DNA of 64,000 nt from Acholeplasmatales bacterium (GCA_017961685.1 JAGCWW010000084.1:8450-72449), one strand, 5' to 3'. Shown: positions 51,701-57,617, numbered from the stretch's first letter. The notes: generated from the sequence alone by a model not told the origin. Program-made: numbers and translations.

Positions 51701-53115
51701 GAATGAGGAGATTTACAGGTGCTATGTATAGTCCTCAAAATATTGGTGAAAACTTCATGCAAAATGGTGCTATGTTTAGTATGATGATGAGTCATCGTCT
51801 ATATGAAATAGAAGACCCTGAAACTCATGAAAAGACTATTGTCTTTAAGAATGAACATGAAGCTATGCGGGATGCAGAAATTCAAGCTCTTAGAGATGTT
51901 ATTAAAGATTCCCCCTTAGAGGAAAGATTTAATGATTTCATTAAAAATATTAAAGAAGATGCCAATAAGATGAAAGATTATGCTTGGCGAAGAAAAGATT
52001 TTATAACTCAATTTGCTAAACAATATCTTACTAAAGCACAACAACAAGAATATGTTACTAAACGTAAGGCTCGTCAAGTTGAATATAAACAAGAGTTTTA
52101 TAATGATGAAGCTCATCCTAGATTAATTGACCAATTTGCTCTTGGTGATGACCAACAATTAAGTTTCAAGAAAGATAGCAAACTTGCAGAATATGATATT
52201 CCTAATCAAAATGGTGAACCTAGTGAAGCTTATAAACTTCTTGCAAACTTTAGAGGAAGAGTTATTTCTGTAAACAAAAAGATACATGGTATTTATGATA
52301 GACTTGGTCAAGCACAACTTGAAAAACTATGGTATGGTAGTTTAGTTATGCAATATCATAAACACATGTATACAGGAATACTTAAACGTTGGAGAAGAGA
52401 AGGTTCTTATAATGAAGAAAGAGGTACTATTGAAAAAGGTTGTTATATAGCTCTTATGGACTTCCTTGCAACTCCTTGGCAACAATATAAAGAAAAACTT
52501 GGTATGAATGATGCTCAAGTTGAAACTATGGAAGGAACTCAAAATCTTCTTGGAGAAATAGTTGATTTTGTTACAAACATTCAACTTAATTGGAATCTTC
52601 TTCCTGAACATGAAAGAGCTAATATTCGTAGATGTCTTGGTGATGTATGTGGTGTTCTAAGCGCATTATTTATGGCTATTGCACTTCGTGCTATGATGGA
52701 TGACGATGATGAAGATAGCATCTTATTCAATCTAGGTCTTTATGAAGCTGATAGACTTGCATCTGAAAGTTTCCAATTTAATCCTCTTGGTATGTATAGT
52801 GAAGCAAAGAAACTTTGGAGTACTCCTATTGCTGCTCAAAGCGGATTACAAGATATTATACAAAGTTGTGGACTTCTGTCTAAAATGATTATTGAAGGAG
52901 AAGATTTTGACCCTTATTATCATAGTGGACGATTTGCTGGAGAACATAAGTTAAGTGTATATGTTCAACGTCGTATTCCAATTTGGAGAGGCATTAAGAC
53001 TGGATTTATTGATATTGTAGATAGTAATTCATATTACAAAATGGGAGATAATATGCTTGGCATACTTCCTGTAAATCATTGGTCTAATCTTATTAAAGGT
53101 GTAGAGGATAAATAA
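39721..53115 (+). CDS. giant virion-packaged RNA polymerase candidate (crAss-like two-barrel RNAP fusion protein)
   Basis: 4464-aa uninterrupted ORF. GYRIPTEGKQS...TGSDFDIDSVYG carries the aspartate triad DFDID at 44737-44751 (aa 1673-1677), which resembles the NADFDGD metal-binding motif of double-psi-beta-barrel RNAPs. It is the last gene of the virion block, as in crAss-like phages. Confidence 0.55.
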   Translation: MDCIFSVDISKSKALQALKDYCGENSEQFLTYINSVVKEQAADGSLVPSAHFVEWWKQRFKNEPNFNAGTGSQMRDRIIRYFKEIKGDVESTYRDGATAQILSTYGYTSPSSRDFCKRITANYVLDAYKKNRYILIKDPQVYKDIQDAIKEQGAKTFYFNIAFDKLREELAIRILKAQGISNPSDDDIDNILDIIEDGNRKYVEDALGGKNISVENSNLIAVVYEFQTSPASFVEEVSRDSRLYKIFNKDDEFDDNNQPDAEGENNPENEADEDNEDFLNTTISMYDHTGTYTSAMMHVDGGIRAYLSSLKKLNSGVGLDKNQPDLDLNNPLGIADTMNTDECVTILYHYGNYDNVDSMIESIKAIANNIPGFAAFHQLAKDLEADSDIAYQFYTTFGKTIISKVETTVKGSITRTRISNNRSNKLEALGFEFMNSVKTTAIDTDLDFATDELANLRDRLKTTKQEILKSLDNKFRKAAIAELAKQLRRYYPTISDYAVENYINNHKENGITVDVDKNFGNLITILENTIKYSEGTKIEYENRQLDINEAYNHNRSLERKQLETNAYVPASAFIDLAPLYAKPYITKEQKGTALELAKALVDYSLVRVENNSRTIHGNQSSDVINNSYITNILKTLQNDTSLANYGKYRANSHQYDFSRIMIEHVEDGVVVNKGLFRYNDDGELVQTEYAKDLLKINLFNGASNLDTDTNVAYNQMSQGDYIGTGFINFFNAEDKTTANYFMRVPSDAPRNFSIKAPRYSIAGLFSIANQSEVTAAKSAIRKKVTEKGLVEDAIDWGVNDKPFDIYYSDQAIRHMTSDAGEVSVKLPDFVKGNKNYKEGEEITVKFKYKSDNAEDNRDVYLIRGTVENGRIVNGTFLGVIGNNFSSELSDAFDRYTDRTLERQGIIKYAINRNHSLFKQFRNAFKQELLDAAVGINKFFVTNDDGLVQRYSENEAKMLGVEEKAIKWKDGVSKNGREVSGAYENYHHKKGKIVEKKEGKETLVGNVFHSDRFVIFDKNDNEVRNYGEELLEEVFSLLYGGDDNTYLHFTKNADGSVKRVNLTDTQQEAVDNKIEEFIVNYIEQGFNRLSNVEGSLKGTELTHNTAAEFLLNYHMMYINFNDLFEGDTKFYGTSRDFLKRAKEVQGSGVPYGLVEYNANLGADKTEVTRSILTGTVFANGYKVKQYNKFSAVTVVNTIMTNESAIKTLRNKLIKDCKLSEEDADGLLAGYTQGTKVNDAQSYITFDEWIRRIAARGQLMRYKPLIDKILNEEELNAEELSEFVQVQKNFYYDQYYDKNAGVLVPRQIKNAEFVLIPQLIKGTELEAVAAIMNKYDIDQLNTVETTKAGKTDILEIFDAKTGEVKQDIIDEVNGKGISSFGKKATAASELFSYNYLYTQQETPQHVNTENKAGIQIMKKILDNSTPDSKLWETKQRFFRLYSANIRDSFQNLMQELNLEVDENGNLVLEEDADGNKTIKGLNVELFCQRLKEECMRLGLDSNMLDYVTLDATRMAENGFNTIMPNYMSMVSQKLESIAQSLFNSRITRQKLPGFHAAQITNVGFKALASSKEQVSYSKELKYHQDENGKYVPYVEIMLPASAFGFKRTNEDETLKTKEELLKELQDAGLDEIIGYRIPTEGKQSVCRMKVVGFIDDAYGSTIVVPNDWVTQTGSDFDIDSVYGIQFETYIDKEGHIRKTEKIDDLEILYKSYVLKHLTKEERIKAFEDAKAGEAVINEIKNRNKDEDTNYFNREKFIAELKQYSTEALFGVLEDIAEEKGLKSFEEYSKEDIDELNSRASRNNGILQCMLDILGSNEALEENLSRSNFDDITNAIIKNMSAKAKLERENRSAYNFLDQAAYQEDAMSGARLKGYSVTRDTFCSICNTVRPTISKQHQVKVVYSTDMISYNKAVERFGKENVEKQGDDKIVITHDRLGWTNDNKNVVGKILTAYSSQTTAHILDAIKEGAVPNVNELTFAVFKIFPDLGIDYDTAVAFMMQDGVRRIVDAYNSTNSIYQESRGNYINKAIRDIARELGMNISGVSNILDVISALQKRFGADFAKIFGKDAEITLNDDKIAQTAIDGEQLQDEILTPRRGKDKLLFDLGVILQYSKLSHFGNSITALTRVCNPDKFGAKQTIFATNKIFDDIKDILNSDNPIPLEVKRTNFLEAIYPDVDKTLDDFITAPRKESAYPSLYNFLKYATATSIKINRSLFTTQSPEFINAVRSIERLLSDNGKLTEKQYKDIEKYIIGHLYNTCQSIMRPLTFAVNGDIGFVPIALENENSLSQQQMFDEERRRIFGYGASPEIKLEVANVHEPTQDEVNAFAKLTPAQKVAYIQGHFSSAGVFNYIRTNLFNERAARRTGASGQTIEFIDTLVNVEDVYQAFVNAFSSTNPLVALTAYDVIKYAFAVEGYKLKRNGVSKMIPNSVLYNDFGIYGTGIVQELDGKVRNIGKILADDIEKIQEDYIRGHNMYQIPSIKVQKPKGKGYELVSRSNGIIQLGKDDDSIAIAEKYRIVYRRGQNEAPTANAYVRLTFGKRTALYKIDERNNSYYLYPLNNLEENEHGEFSSNVGNNVYPKEDYYLRIINEYESQFYDFDASKFREIADKYDVEEFKAPKEEKVKISHAAKEFSLEHPADNMIGAVDKLKKDVQRHFGDEELNNPLYIINAGLHNAITHPGYANGTTKLFTINKGTANERVVRLNVYGLEYSILERLANRYLDKNTGKQISKGDEKYTNIIKFFRDNGIVNISKNHPTVFVVRPAAIEDDGLRRSSLVETGTTAYKAINRRLSSVEDEAAINANQRLRDKGITTDKNSVANHIDEVIRTTAEYVATVTEKTVNGLKYFAEDPNGNGYLSVTDPGVIDLIKNDPALIRKFLKIILDAEAIVSNFKTINELDIKSQDPELQRYLNKIKECVNDLQNNALIRGAKELFANNYLAKLSSDPLIQQDILNILDGYHSTNSFTAWVNDLQETTNPFIQVLSKQVIADIRAKEFEAVRRVRAWQSFVKGIKAKAAAAGKTINWDNIIDEDGRFIQEYTQSLVDDMNQMRDAIASAKATYGEGSIEHLEAQLKYNKWKLEHINQELEDDYYRKRIELDEAMLHGVRTSYIDERTGMVVESEELSGGYPIVFTEYKKLEARRRDILSHVVNGVLDDYWKQQLDEVNSKINDLTNQLYHDPVTGDLISRTEYDKYLNPVSGTEEEKRQKLLYSAASQRAIAKYIKDVRELNTEYYGYDVEFGFEEELQRNLHIVESYEKRDANGNISTPMNLLMENDEYVRAKEWLASNARFVVSLADDSELARKLNEAYNVLRRSDNTKENSYGLVIARKAKDRNAYDNRGVIDGTKFTDDDIKAIKADQQAAYSFREDAPFSDKGLISNASPTGEIYTSEFYKGMTSNGTSNPEWIKKVHEINELLAPYYDNGTKTIRFDLIPNTDEGRAVYTKLEQLYKDLAEIKKTVDGDNGKEIAQFIEKNVDFNIDKDEFNKQKSLAEEKGKLYYSFWVKANMEIVDDEAVPNHYIYGYTTPKAEIKEKYLDKKKTEALQLINKIYTTVPTEYYYQKVQEVKQQGKEAYDKWYHENHIYNPYTHTYEPLRCWTKRTFRDTSSAVGKWEAAMSKRTRKAKQEYINPNYKPEVGNALNYKKGSGYDNSRINDANEFENELKLEMQKLLSDLVKTKFGRRFIDKGYLPVRRKAEEHDAKFWGKELLKTIGWVEGHSGEEPFYEDLDYARDKTISMPMLSLIGQKTLESLNIKEPKREEYNTDAEYAAAVDKYNKDVAELKENNKQAHQDAIDRNWEEVIKDFILQASHFNAVQDNKYMLFYGKSMLENMGVYQRRYGFFGDYKKDYINSDDTTTEYIKRKDENLLKQYENWIRRIVYDQWKESNGMFTKWASRLQSITSAQYMMMNIRGGIANVTLGETNILAEAFAKEYFGTKDWLAGKSYWMAGIPSYFANAHKPISTSVADAIIKFFNVVDFDELTGKSRIIENPVSEGMRRFTGAMYSPQNIGENFMQNGAMFSMMMSHRLYEIEDPETHEKTIVFKNEHEAMRDAEIQALRDVIKDSPLEERFNDFIKNIKEDANKMKDYAWRRKDFITQFAKQYLTKAQQQEYVTKRKARQVEYKQEFYNDEAHPRLIDQFALGDDQQLSFKKDSKLAEYDIPNQNGEPSEAYKLLANFRGRVISVNKKIHGIYDRLGQAQLEKLWYGSLVMQYHKHMYTGILKRWRREGSYNEERGTIEKGCYIALMDFLATPWQQYKEKLGMNDAQVETMEGTQNLLGEIVDFVTNIQLNWNLLPEHERANIRRCLGDVCGVLSALFMAIALRAMMDDDDEDSILFNLGLYEADRLASESFQFNPLGMYSEAKKLWSTPIAAQSGLQDIIQSCGLLSKMIIEGEDFDPYYHSGRFAGEHKLSVYVQRRIPIWRGIKTGFIDIVDSNSYYKMGDNMLGILPVNHWSNLIKGVEDK
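40337..40346 (+). repeat. decayed YnTACGn motif copy
   Basis: gctttaGGGGGt. It lacks the C of TACG and has a weak pyrimidine tract. Confidence 0.35.
42821..42841 (+). repeat. YnTACGn motif copy
   Basis: tttctctcctcTACGGGGGGG (7 G), read as L-L-Y-G-G-D. Confidence 0.9.
45995..46013 (-). repeat. YnTACGn motif copy
   Basis: CCCCCCGTAggggaaagga, read as T-P-R-R-G-K. Confidence 0.9.
49862..49876 (+). repeat. YnTACGn motif copy
   Basis: cttctccTACGGGGG, read as S-P-T-G-E. Confidence 0.9.
51911..51926 (-). repeat. decayed YnTACGn motif copy
   Basis: CCCCCTTAgaggaaag, with G changed to T in the GTA. Confidence 0.45.
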
Positions 53116-53150
53116 TAATTTATAATTATAACAATTCATAATATATTTAT

Positions 53151-53183
53151 AAGAGTCTGTCGTGAGATAGGCTCTTATTTTTG
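53151..53183 (+). terminator. rho-independent terminator of the virion block
   Basis: aagagtct / aggctctt 8-bp stem (one G.U pair) with a 10-nt loop, followed by atttttgttt. Confidence 0.7.
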
Positions 53184-53217
53184 TTTATGTATCGAATGTG
53201 GCGCTAGTAATAAGGAT

Positions 53218-53257
53218 AAAAAAAAGAGATACAACCTATCTTCGCAGATAAGTTGTA
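53218..53257 (-). terminator. rho-independent terminator (minus strand)
   Basis: tacaacctatct / agataagttgta stem (11 of 12 bp) with loop tcgc. On the minus strand it is followed by tctc and T8. Confidence 0.7.
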
Positions 53258-53324
53258 CCAACACACATAACTTAAAACATATATAATAGTATTTTATTTA
53301 ATATTTAAATTTTAATTCTAAGAC

Positions 53325-53402
53325 CTTATTTTCTGATTCCTTGCTTATTATATTACTTTATAGTTTTAAGGCAATACAAAGCAAAAGGAACAGAAAAATA
53401 AG
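53325..53402. repeat. long imperfect inverted repeat containing the 18-nt element (copy 2)
   Basis: cttattttctgattccttgc (53325-53344) against gcaaaaggaacagaaaaataag (53381-53402). The 18-mer is at 53383-53400. Confidence 0.6.
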
Positions 53403-53470
53403 ATTTATAAATAACACAGGAATAATCATTATTTTATCGAAGAATTAAAATAAAATATTAAACAAAATAA

Positions 53471-53502
53471 AATAACTCCCAGTTTCACAACTAAGAGTTA
53501 TT
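53471..53502 (-). terminator. putative terminator of the minus-strand block
   Basis: aataactc / gagttatt 8-bp stem with a 16-nt loop. On the minus strand it is followed by ttattttgttt. Confidence 0.5.
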
Positions 53503-53568
53503 AACATAATACAATGATTAACAATCAAAGTAATTACCAATAATTAAACAAAAATCATGAAAATTATA

Positions 53569-53835
53569 TTACAACCGTACATCAATCCATCTTGCAATAA
53601 TAATAGCGGGTCTAGTTCCTATAAACTTAAATTTAATTGAATTGTCTTTAATTAAAAATGTTGTTGGAAAATCTGTAACATTATTACGTTTAAGCCAATT
53701 TTTATCAACAGATTTAACATCTTCAAAAACAACTTCAACTTCTTTTTTAGTAAGACCTAACGCGGCATTTATAAGTTTTTCTAATCTATAACAACTTTCA
53801 CAACCTTCAGTTGTAATTGTATATATTTTATTCAT
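53569..53835 (-). CDS. thioredoxin-fold protein (glutaredoxin/NrdH-like)
   Basis: 88 aa with the CxxC motif TTEGCESCYRL and a downstream DFPTTFL (cis-Pro region). Confidence 0.6.
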   Translation of the reverse strand: MNKIYTITTEGCESCYRLEKLINAALGLTKKEVEVVFEDVKSVDKNWLKRNNVTDFPTTFLIKDNSIKFKFIGTRPAIIIARWIDVRL

Positions 53836-54136
53836 CTTCTTTAATTGGATGCGTGTTGTCTTGTTTTACACTTTCACTTGAAGTTACAACTTTAGCAATA
53901 GATGCTACTTTTTCATAATATTCACCGTCATCAGTAATTTCGATACCTTGATTTTCAAGACGAGCACGAAGAGCTTCTTCATACTTTTTCATAGCAGTAA
54001 GCTGAATACATTTATTAGCAAATTCAACTTTATTATCATTATCACTCTTTTCACTATAAACATAATCGTGTAAAGCTTGAGTGCGAACAACAAGTTGAGC
54101 ATGTTCTTCAATCATACATTTAACAACATTTTCCAT
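53828..54136 (-). CDS. hypothetical protein
   Basis: 102-aa ATG ORF overlapping the next gene's start by 8 nt. Confidence 0.6.
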   Translation of the reverse strand: MENVVKCMIEEHAQLVVRTQALHDYVYSEKSDNDNKVEFANKCIQLTAMKKYEEALRARLENQGIEITDDGEYYEKVASIAKVVTSSESVKQDNTHPIKEDE

Positions 54137-54169
54137 AATAGTTTAATTTAAATGGTTTTAGAATTATTA

Positions 54170-54337
54170 TTATAACTTTAGATTATCAACAGTAGGTTCA
54201 ATAGTTGTACCTGTAGAGGGATCTTTAGAACTAGGATAAGGATTAGGTTGATTAAGTCTCTTTAAATCCATACCAAGCCACATAACAGCTTCTTGAAGTT
54301 TTATAATACAAATATCAACTTCTTTACAAGAATCCAA
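54170..54337 (-). CDS. small hypothetical protein (TTG start; frame open to 54430 without an ATG)
   Basis: Open frame ...RQKIDNVIQDVKELDSCKEVDICIIKLQEAVMWLGMDLKRLNQPNPYPSSKDPSTGTTIEPTVDNLKL. The first ATG is at 54283, and the first canonical alternative start is the TTG at 54337. Confidence 0.3.
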   Translation of the reverse strand: MDSCKEVDICIIKLQEAVMWLGMDLKRLNQPNPYPSSKDPSTGTTIEPTVDNLKL

Positions 54338-54434
54338 CTCCTTAACATCTTGAATAACATTATCAATTTTTTGTCTTAGTCCTTTAATAGCAGGAACTTC
54401 TCTTGTTATATCTATATTATTTATATTTATCTAT

Positions 54435-54557
54435 TTAACATTCTAGTATTATATTTTTGTTCATCATCAGGATGATATTTTGGATTTTATTTGATAAACA
54501 CAATTCCTTACAATCATCACAATGAAAATCTTTATCATCAAGAACCTGTTGAGCCAT
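54435..54557 (-). CDS. small Cys-containing hypothetical protein (40 aa)
   Basis: ATG ORF MAQQVLDDKDFHCDDCKELCLSNKIQNIILMMNKNIILEC that overlaps the dUTPase stop. Confidence 0.25.
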   Translation of the reverse strand: MAQQVLDDKDFHCDDCKELCLSNKIQNIILMMNKNIILEC

Positions 54558-54972
54558 GACCACCTGTACCACGTTCACTAGAAGATAATGTTTCTACTTC
54601 AGTAAATACTATTTGAGGATAAGGAAGAATCATAATTTGACCAATACGGTCTCCAATAGCATAAGGCTGCATATCAATCATAAGAGCATCTCTATCTTTA
54701 AATGTAAGCATGATTTCACCACGATATCCGCTATCAATTATACCTACATGATTAGTAAGATAAGCAGAAGTTTTACGATTACTACTACGAGGAAAAACAA
54801 GTCCTACATATCCTTCAGGAATTTCAATAGCAAGACCTGTACCATAAATGTGATTTTTATGATTTTCGTCATATTCGTAAGAAGTAGCAGTTAAATCCAT
54901 TCCAGCATCACCTTTTTTAGCATAAGAAGGAATTACTGCATTTTCATTAAGTTTTTTAATTTTAACAATCAT
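54538..54972 (-). CDS. dut: dUTP diphosphatase (trimeric dUTPase)
   Basis: Canonical motifs are present: GDAGMDL, VFPRSS, GIIDSGYRGEI, GDRIGQM and SERGTGGHGSTG. Confidence 0.9.
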   Translation of the reverse strand: MIVKIKKLNENAVIPSYAKKGDAGMDLTATSYEYDENHKNHIYGTGLAIEIPEGYVGLVFPRSSNRKTSAYLTNHVGIIDSGYRGEIMLTFKDRDALMIDMQPYAIGDRIGQIMILPYPQIVFTEVETLSSSERGTGGHGSTGS

Positions 54973-55492
54973 TTTTATTTGTTTTAATTAAATAGTTTAT
55001 ACTACCATTATACATATAAGCAGGATTTACAAAATATTCATATTTACTAAACATTGTATCATTTTCATAACCTTTAATTGTACACATACGACGAAGTATT
55101 GCGTTAAGCGATATTTGTTCTTTTTCTTCTTCTGTCTTTGCAGCATCTATTTCATCTTTAAAACAAAGAATATTAATGGCTTTTGTAACATCTCCTGGAA
55201 ATACACCAGTTTCTTGAGAAATATCTTTATTTATAAGTTCGATAACTGTTTGATTGTAAACAAGATGTTCTGTAATATAAGTTACAACTTGTCTAACATA
55301 TTTAGGTTGGGTTTCAAGAAATGATAGAAGTTTAGTTCCAATAGTTATACTGTTAGGCATATATTTAATAGTTTTACGATATTGAGTTCCTTCATCATCT
55401 TCATCTATAAATGTAACTCTTTTTAGAAATAAATTACAATTAATTCTTTTACCTCTTTTTACGTTTATCGTATAAATAGGTGTATATTTCAT
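54962..55492 (-). CDS. hypothetical protein, possible winged-helix DNA-binding/initiator-like protein
   Basis: ATG at 55492 (MKYTPIYTINVKRGKR). The track extends to a TTG at 55552, but that extension overlaps direct repeats. It is downstream of an iteron-like region, and the function is a guess. Confidence 0.5.
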   Translation of the reverse strand: MKYTPIYTINVKRGKRINCNLFLKRVTFIDEDDEGTQYRKTIKYMPNSITIGTKLLSFLETQPKYVRQVVTYITEHLVYNQTVIELINKDISQETGVFPGDVTKAINILCFKDEIDAAKTEEEKEQISLNAILRRMCTIKGYENDTMFSKYEYFVNPAYMYNGSINYLIKTNKNDC

Positions 55493-55532
55493 ACATTTAT
55501 CAATTATTTTATTACATAAGACAAAGATACGC

Positions 55533-55575
55533 ATTTTTAGTGAATACACCAAATTTTTAGTAAAAAATTAGTAAA
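55533..55575. repeat. short direct repeats ATTTTTAGT x2 and TTAGTAAA x2
   Basis: atttttagt at 55533-55541 and 55553-55561. ttagtaaa at 55557-55564 and 55568-55575. Confidence 0.7.
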
Positions 55576-55620
55576 TAGACAAAAAATAAGCCTTATAACT
55601 AATTGTAAACCAACCACATA

Positions 55621-55655
55621 AAAGTCTAATATAAAGGTTATAGCAAAGTCTAATA
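55621..55655. repeat. 11-nt direct repeat AAAGTCTAATA x2 (24-bp period)
   Basis: Copies at 55621-55631 and 55645-55655. Confidence 0.8.
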
Positions 55656-55710
55656 ACACCATATTTAATAATATCAATTTTATATGTATTAAGATAAGTT
55701 AGAATATATC

Positions 55711-55727
55711 TATCTCCTTTACGGGGG
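55711..55727 (+). repeat. YnTACGn motif copy (intergenic, left member of inverted pair)
   Basis: tatctccttTACGGGGG. Confidence 0.9.
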
Positions 55728-55778
55728 TGTTTTAATAAACAATATCTTGTATTACATTAATAAAGTTTTGCTCTCAAT

Positions 55779-55796
55779 CCCCCGTAAGAGGAGATA
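55779..55796 (-). repeat. YnTACGn motif copy (intergenic, right member of inverted pair)
   Basis: CCCCCGTAagaggagata. Together with 55711-55727 it forms a 17-bp inverted repeat with one bulge. Confidence 0.9.
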
Positions 55797-55827
55797 GTGA
55801 TATATGACTTTTACTATATTATTGATA

Positions 55828-56895
55828 TTAAGCAGCATTTATAAGTTCATAAGCTTGATTTAAGGCTTTATTCATAACATTATTAGCATTACCATATAAT
55901 ATACTATCCATACGTTTAGTTCCTGATAGATTAGCAACATTAGAATAAAAACCTGTAACAGCATTATAAGCACCCCAAGAAGTACCAGCTATTTCTTTTT
56001 GACCAACACCATCCATATAATATTCAAACATATTTACAATTTGATTTATCTTACGAGTACTTATACCAGTGCGTTCCATTGTAAGATAATCTCTTGCATA
56101 TAGTTTTTTATATCCATTTTTTTCATCAAATAGATTAAGCTGTGTAATTTCAGCTTCAGTAAGATTTAAATCAGCAAGATACTTCATAACTTGTTCATCA
56201 GAAACTTTTATATTAGCAAGAGCTTCATAAAGTTGTTTAGCATCTTCAGCATAATTACAAGCTATTTTAAGGATTTCACTACCTTGTTGTAATCTTTCTT
56301 TAATTGTCTTTGTATGACGAAGTCTAATATAAGAATCTGCTTTGTTAAAAGCAGCATTTAAACAATTAGTACAAAATACTCTAACAGGTGTAAATAATAT
56401 GTTTATGCTGCAACTACCATCATGAGAATTGCTAAATACAAGATAATTATCAACAGGATCATGATTCACATCAAAAGATACAGGAATTTTTGCAGAAACA
56501 AATATACGTTGACCATAACCAAACATTCCAGCATATTGCCAAATAGCTTTATCAGGTCCAATTGCATCATTAAAGAAATTAAAAGCATCTACATTTTGAA
56601 CAACTTCATATTTATCTTTAACAACGCCTAAAGGTATATTTTCGTCTGTACGATAAGTAGCATACCCGTTAGGACAAGGTCTATAAATATTACCGCTTTG
56701 TGCAAATTCTCCGTTTCTTGTATCAATTATATTACTACCATTAAGATTAAATGGCATTTTTGCATATAATTCGCATTTTTCAACAGTAAAATTAAGGCCT
56801 GCTTTTTCCATAACTTCTTTAGATGTAGTACAATCTGAAACATCTACACCAATACCGTGACTCCAAGGAAAGCCGTTAACTGTATATTTACTCAT
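55828..56895 (-). CDS. DUF932 / TIGR03299-like phage-plasmid protein
   Basis: 355 aa. The N-terminus FPWSHGIGVDVSDCTTSKEVMEKAGLNFTVEK matches the remembered DUF932 pattern (PWHGLG...AGLDWTVEK). Confidence 0.55.
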   Translation of the reverse strand: MSKYTVNGFPWSHGIGVDVSDCTTSKEVMEKAGLNFTVEKCELYAKMPFNLNGSNIIDTRNGEFAQSGNIYRPCPNGYATYRTDENIPLGVVKDKYEVVQNVDAFNFFNDAIGPDKAIWQYAGMFGYGQRIFVSAKIPVSFDVNHDPVDNYLVFSNSHDGSCSINILFTPVRVFCTNCLNAAFNKADSYIRLRHTKTIKERLQQGSEILKIACNYAEDAKQLYEALANIKVSDEQVMKYLADLNLTEAEITQLNLFDEKNGYKKLYARDYLTMERTGISTRKINQIVNMFEYYMDGVGQKEIAGTSWGAYNAVTGFYSNVANLSGTKRMDSILYGNANNVMNKALNQAYELINAA

Positions 56896-57617
56896 TTTAT
56901 TTGAATTGATTTGTTAATTGTAATATGAGCAAGATTGGGTGCACAAGCACCATTTTCTTCAAGCTCTTTCTTAATCTCAGATTTAGATACTACAGGAGTT
57001 AAACTAAAATTATCAGTATATTTAGCAAGTTCTCTTACTACATTGTATCCATTACTTTTAACAATATCAGATACAGGTATTCTAACATTTACTTCTAGTT
57101 TAGTATGAAGAACATCATCGTCTATTGCTATACCTTCAAGAATGCTAGTAATATCATCTATATTTAATCTATCTATAGCATCAAGTTGATTATTTTCTTT
57201 ATTATACAATATAGTATCATCAATAGCACAAGCTATACTTTTAAGTACTTCATCGTTTACAGAAACAGCTTTAGTTTGTCTTATAGATACTATACCAGTA
57301 CCATAATCTAAATATTTAACTCCAGTTTTCTTAATATCTCCAAATTGTTCAATAGCTGAAATTAAAATATTATTAAGATTTTCTATAACTTTTTGCTTTC
57401 TATCAGCTAAATCTTTAAGACGTTTTTGTTCTTGTTTAATAGCATCAATATCAGATTCTAAAAGTTTTATAACTTCAGCATAAGATTTGACTTTATCTTT
57501 AAAATCAGCTTCAGTGATTTGTAAAAGACGTTCAAGTTCAGGAGTTAATTCTCCACCATTTTCTTCTATTTCATCAAAAATAGAAATAAGGGATTGTTGA
57601 ATTTGATAAATGTTCAT
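56892..57617 (-). CDS. Gp157-like (Sipho_Gp157 family) protein
   Basis: 241 aa. The N-terminal MNIYQIQQSLISIFDEIEENGGELTPELERLLQITEADFKDKV...IKQEQKRLKD resembles the Gp157 family pattern. Confidence 0.5.
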   Translation of the reverse strand: MNIYQIQQSLISIFDEIEENGGELTPELERLLQITEADFKDKVKSYAEVIKLLESDIDAIKQEQKRLKDLADRKQKVIENLNNILISAIEQFGDIKKTGVKYLDYGTGIVSIRQTKAVSVNDEVLKSIACAIDDTILYNKENNQLDAIDRLNIDDITSILEGIAIDDDVLHTKLEVNVRIPVSDIVKSNGYNVVRELAKYTDNFSLTPVVSKSEIKKELEENGACAPNLAHITINKSIQIK

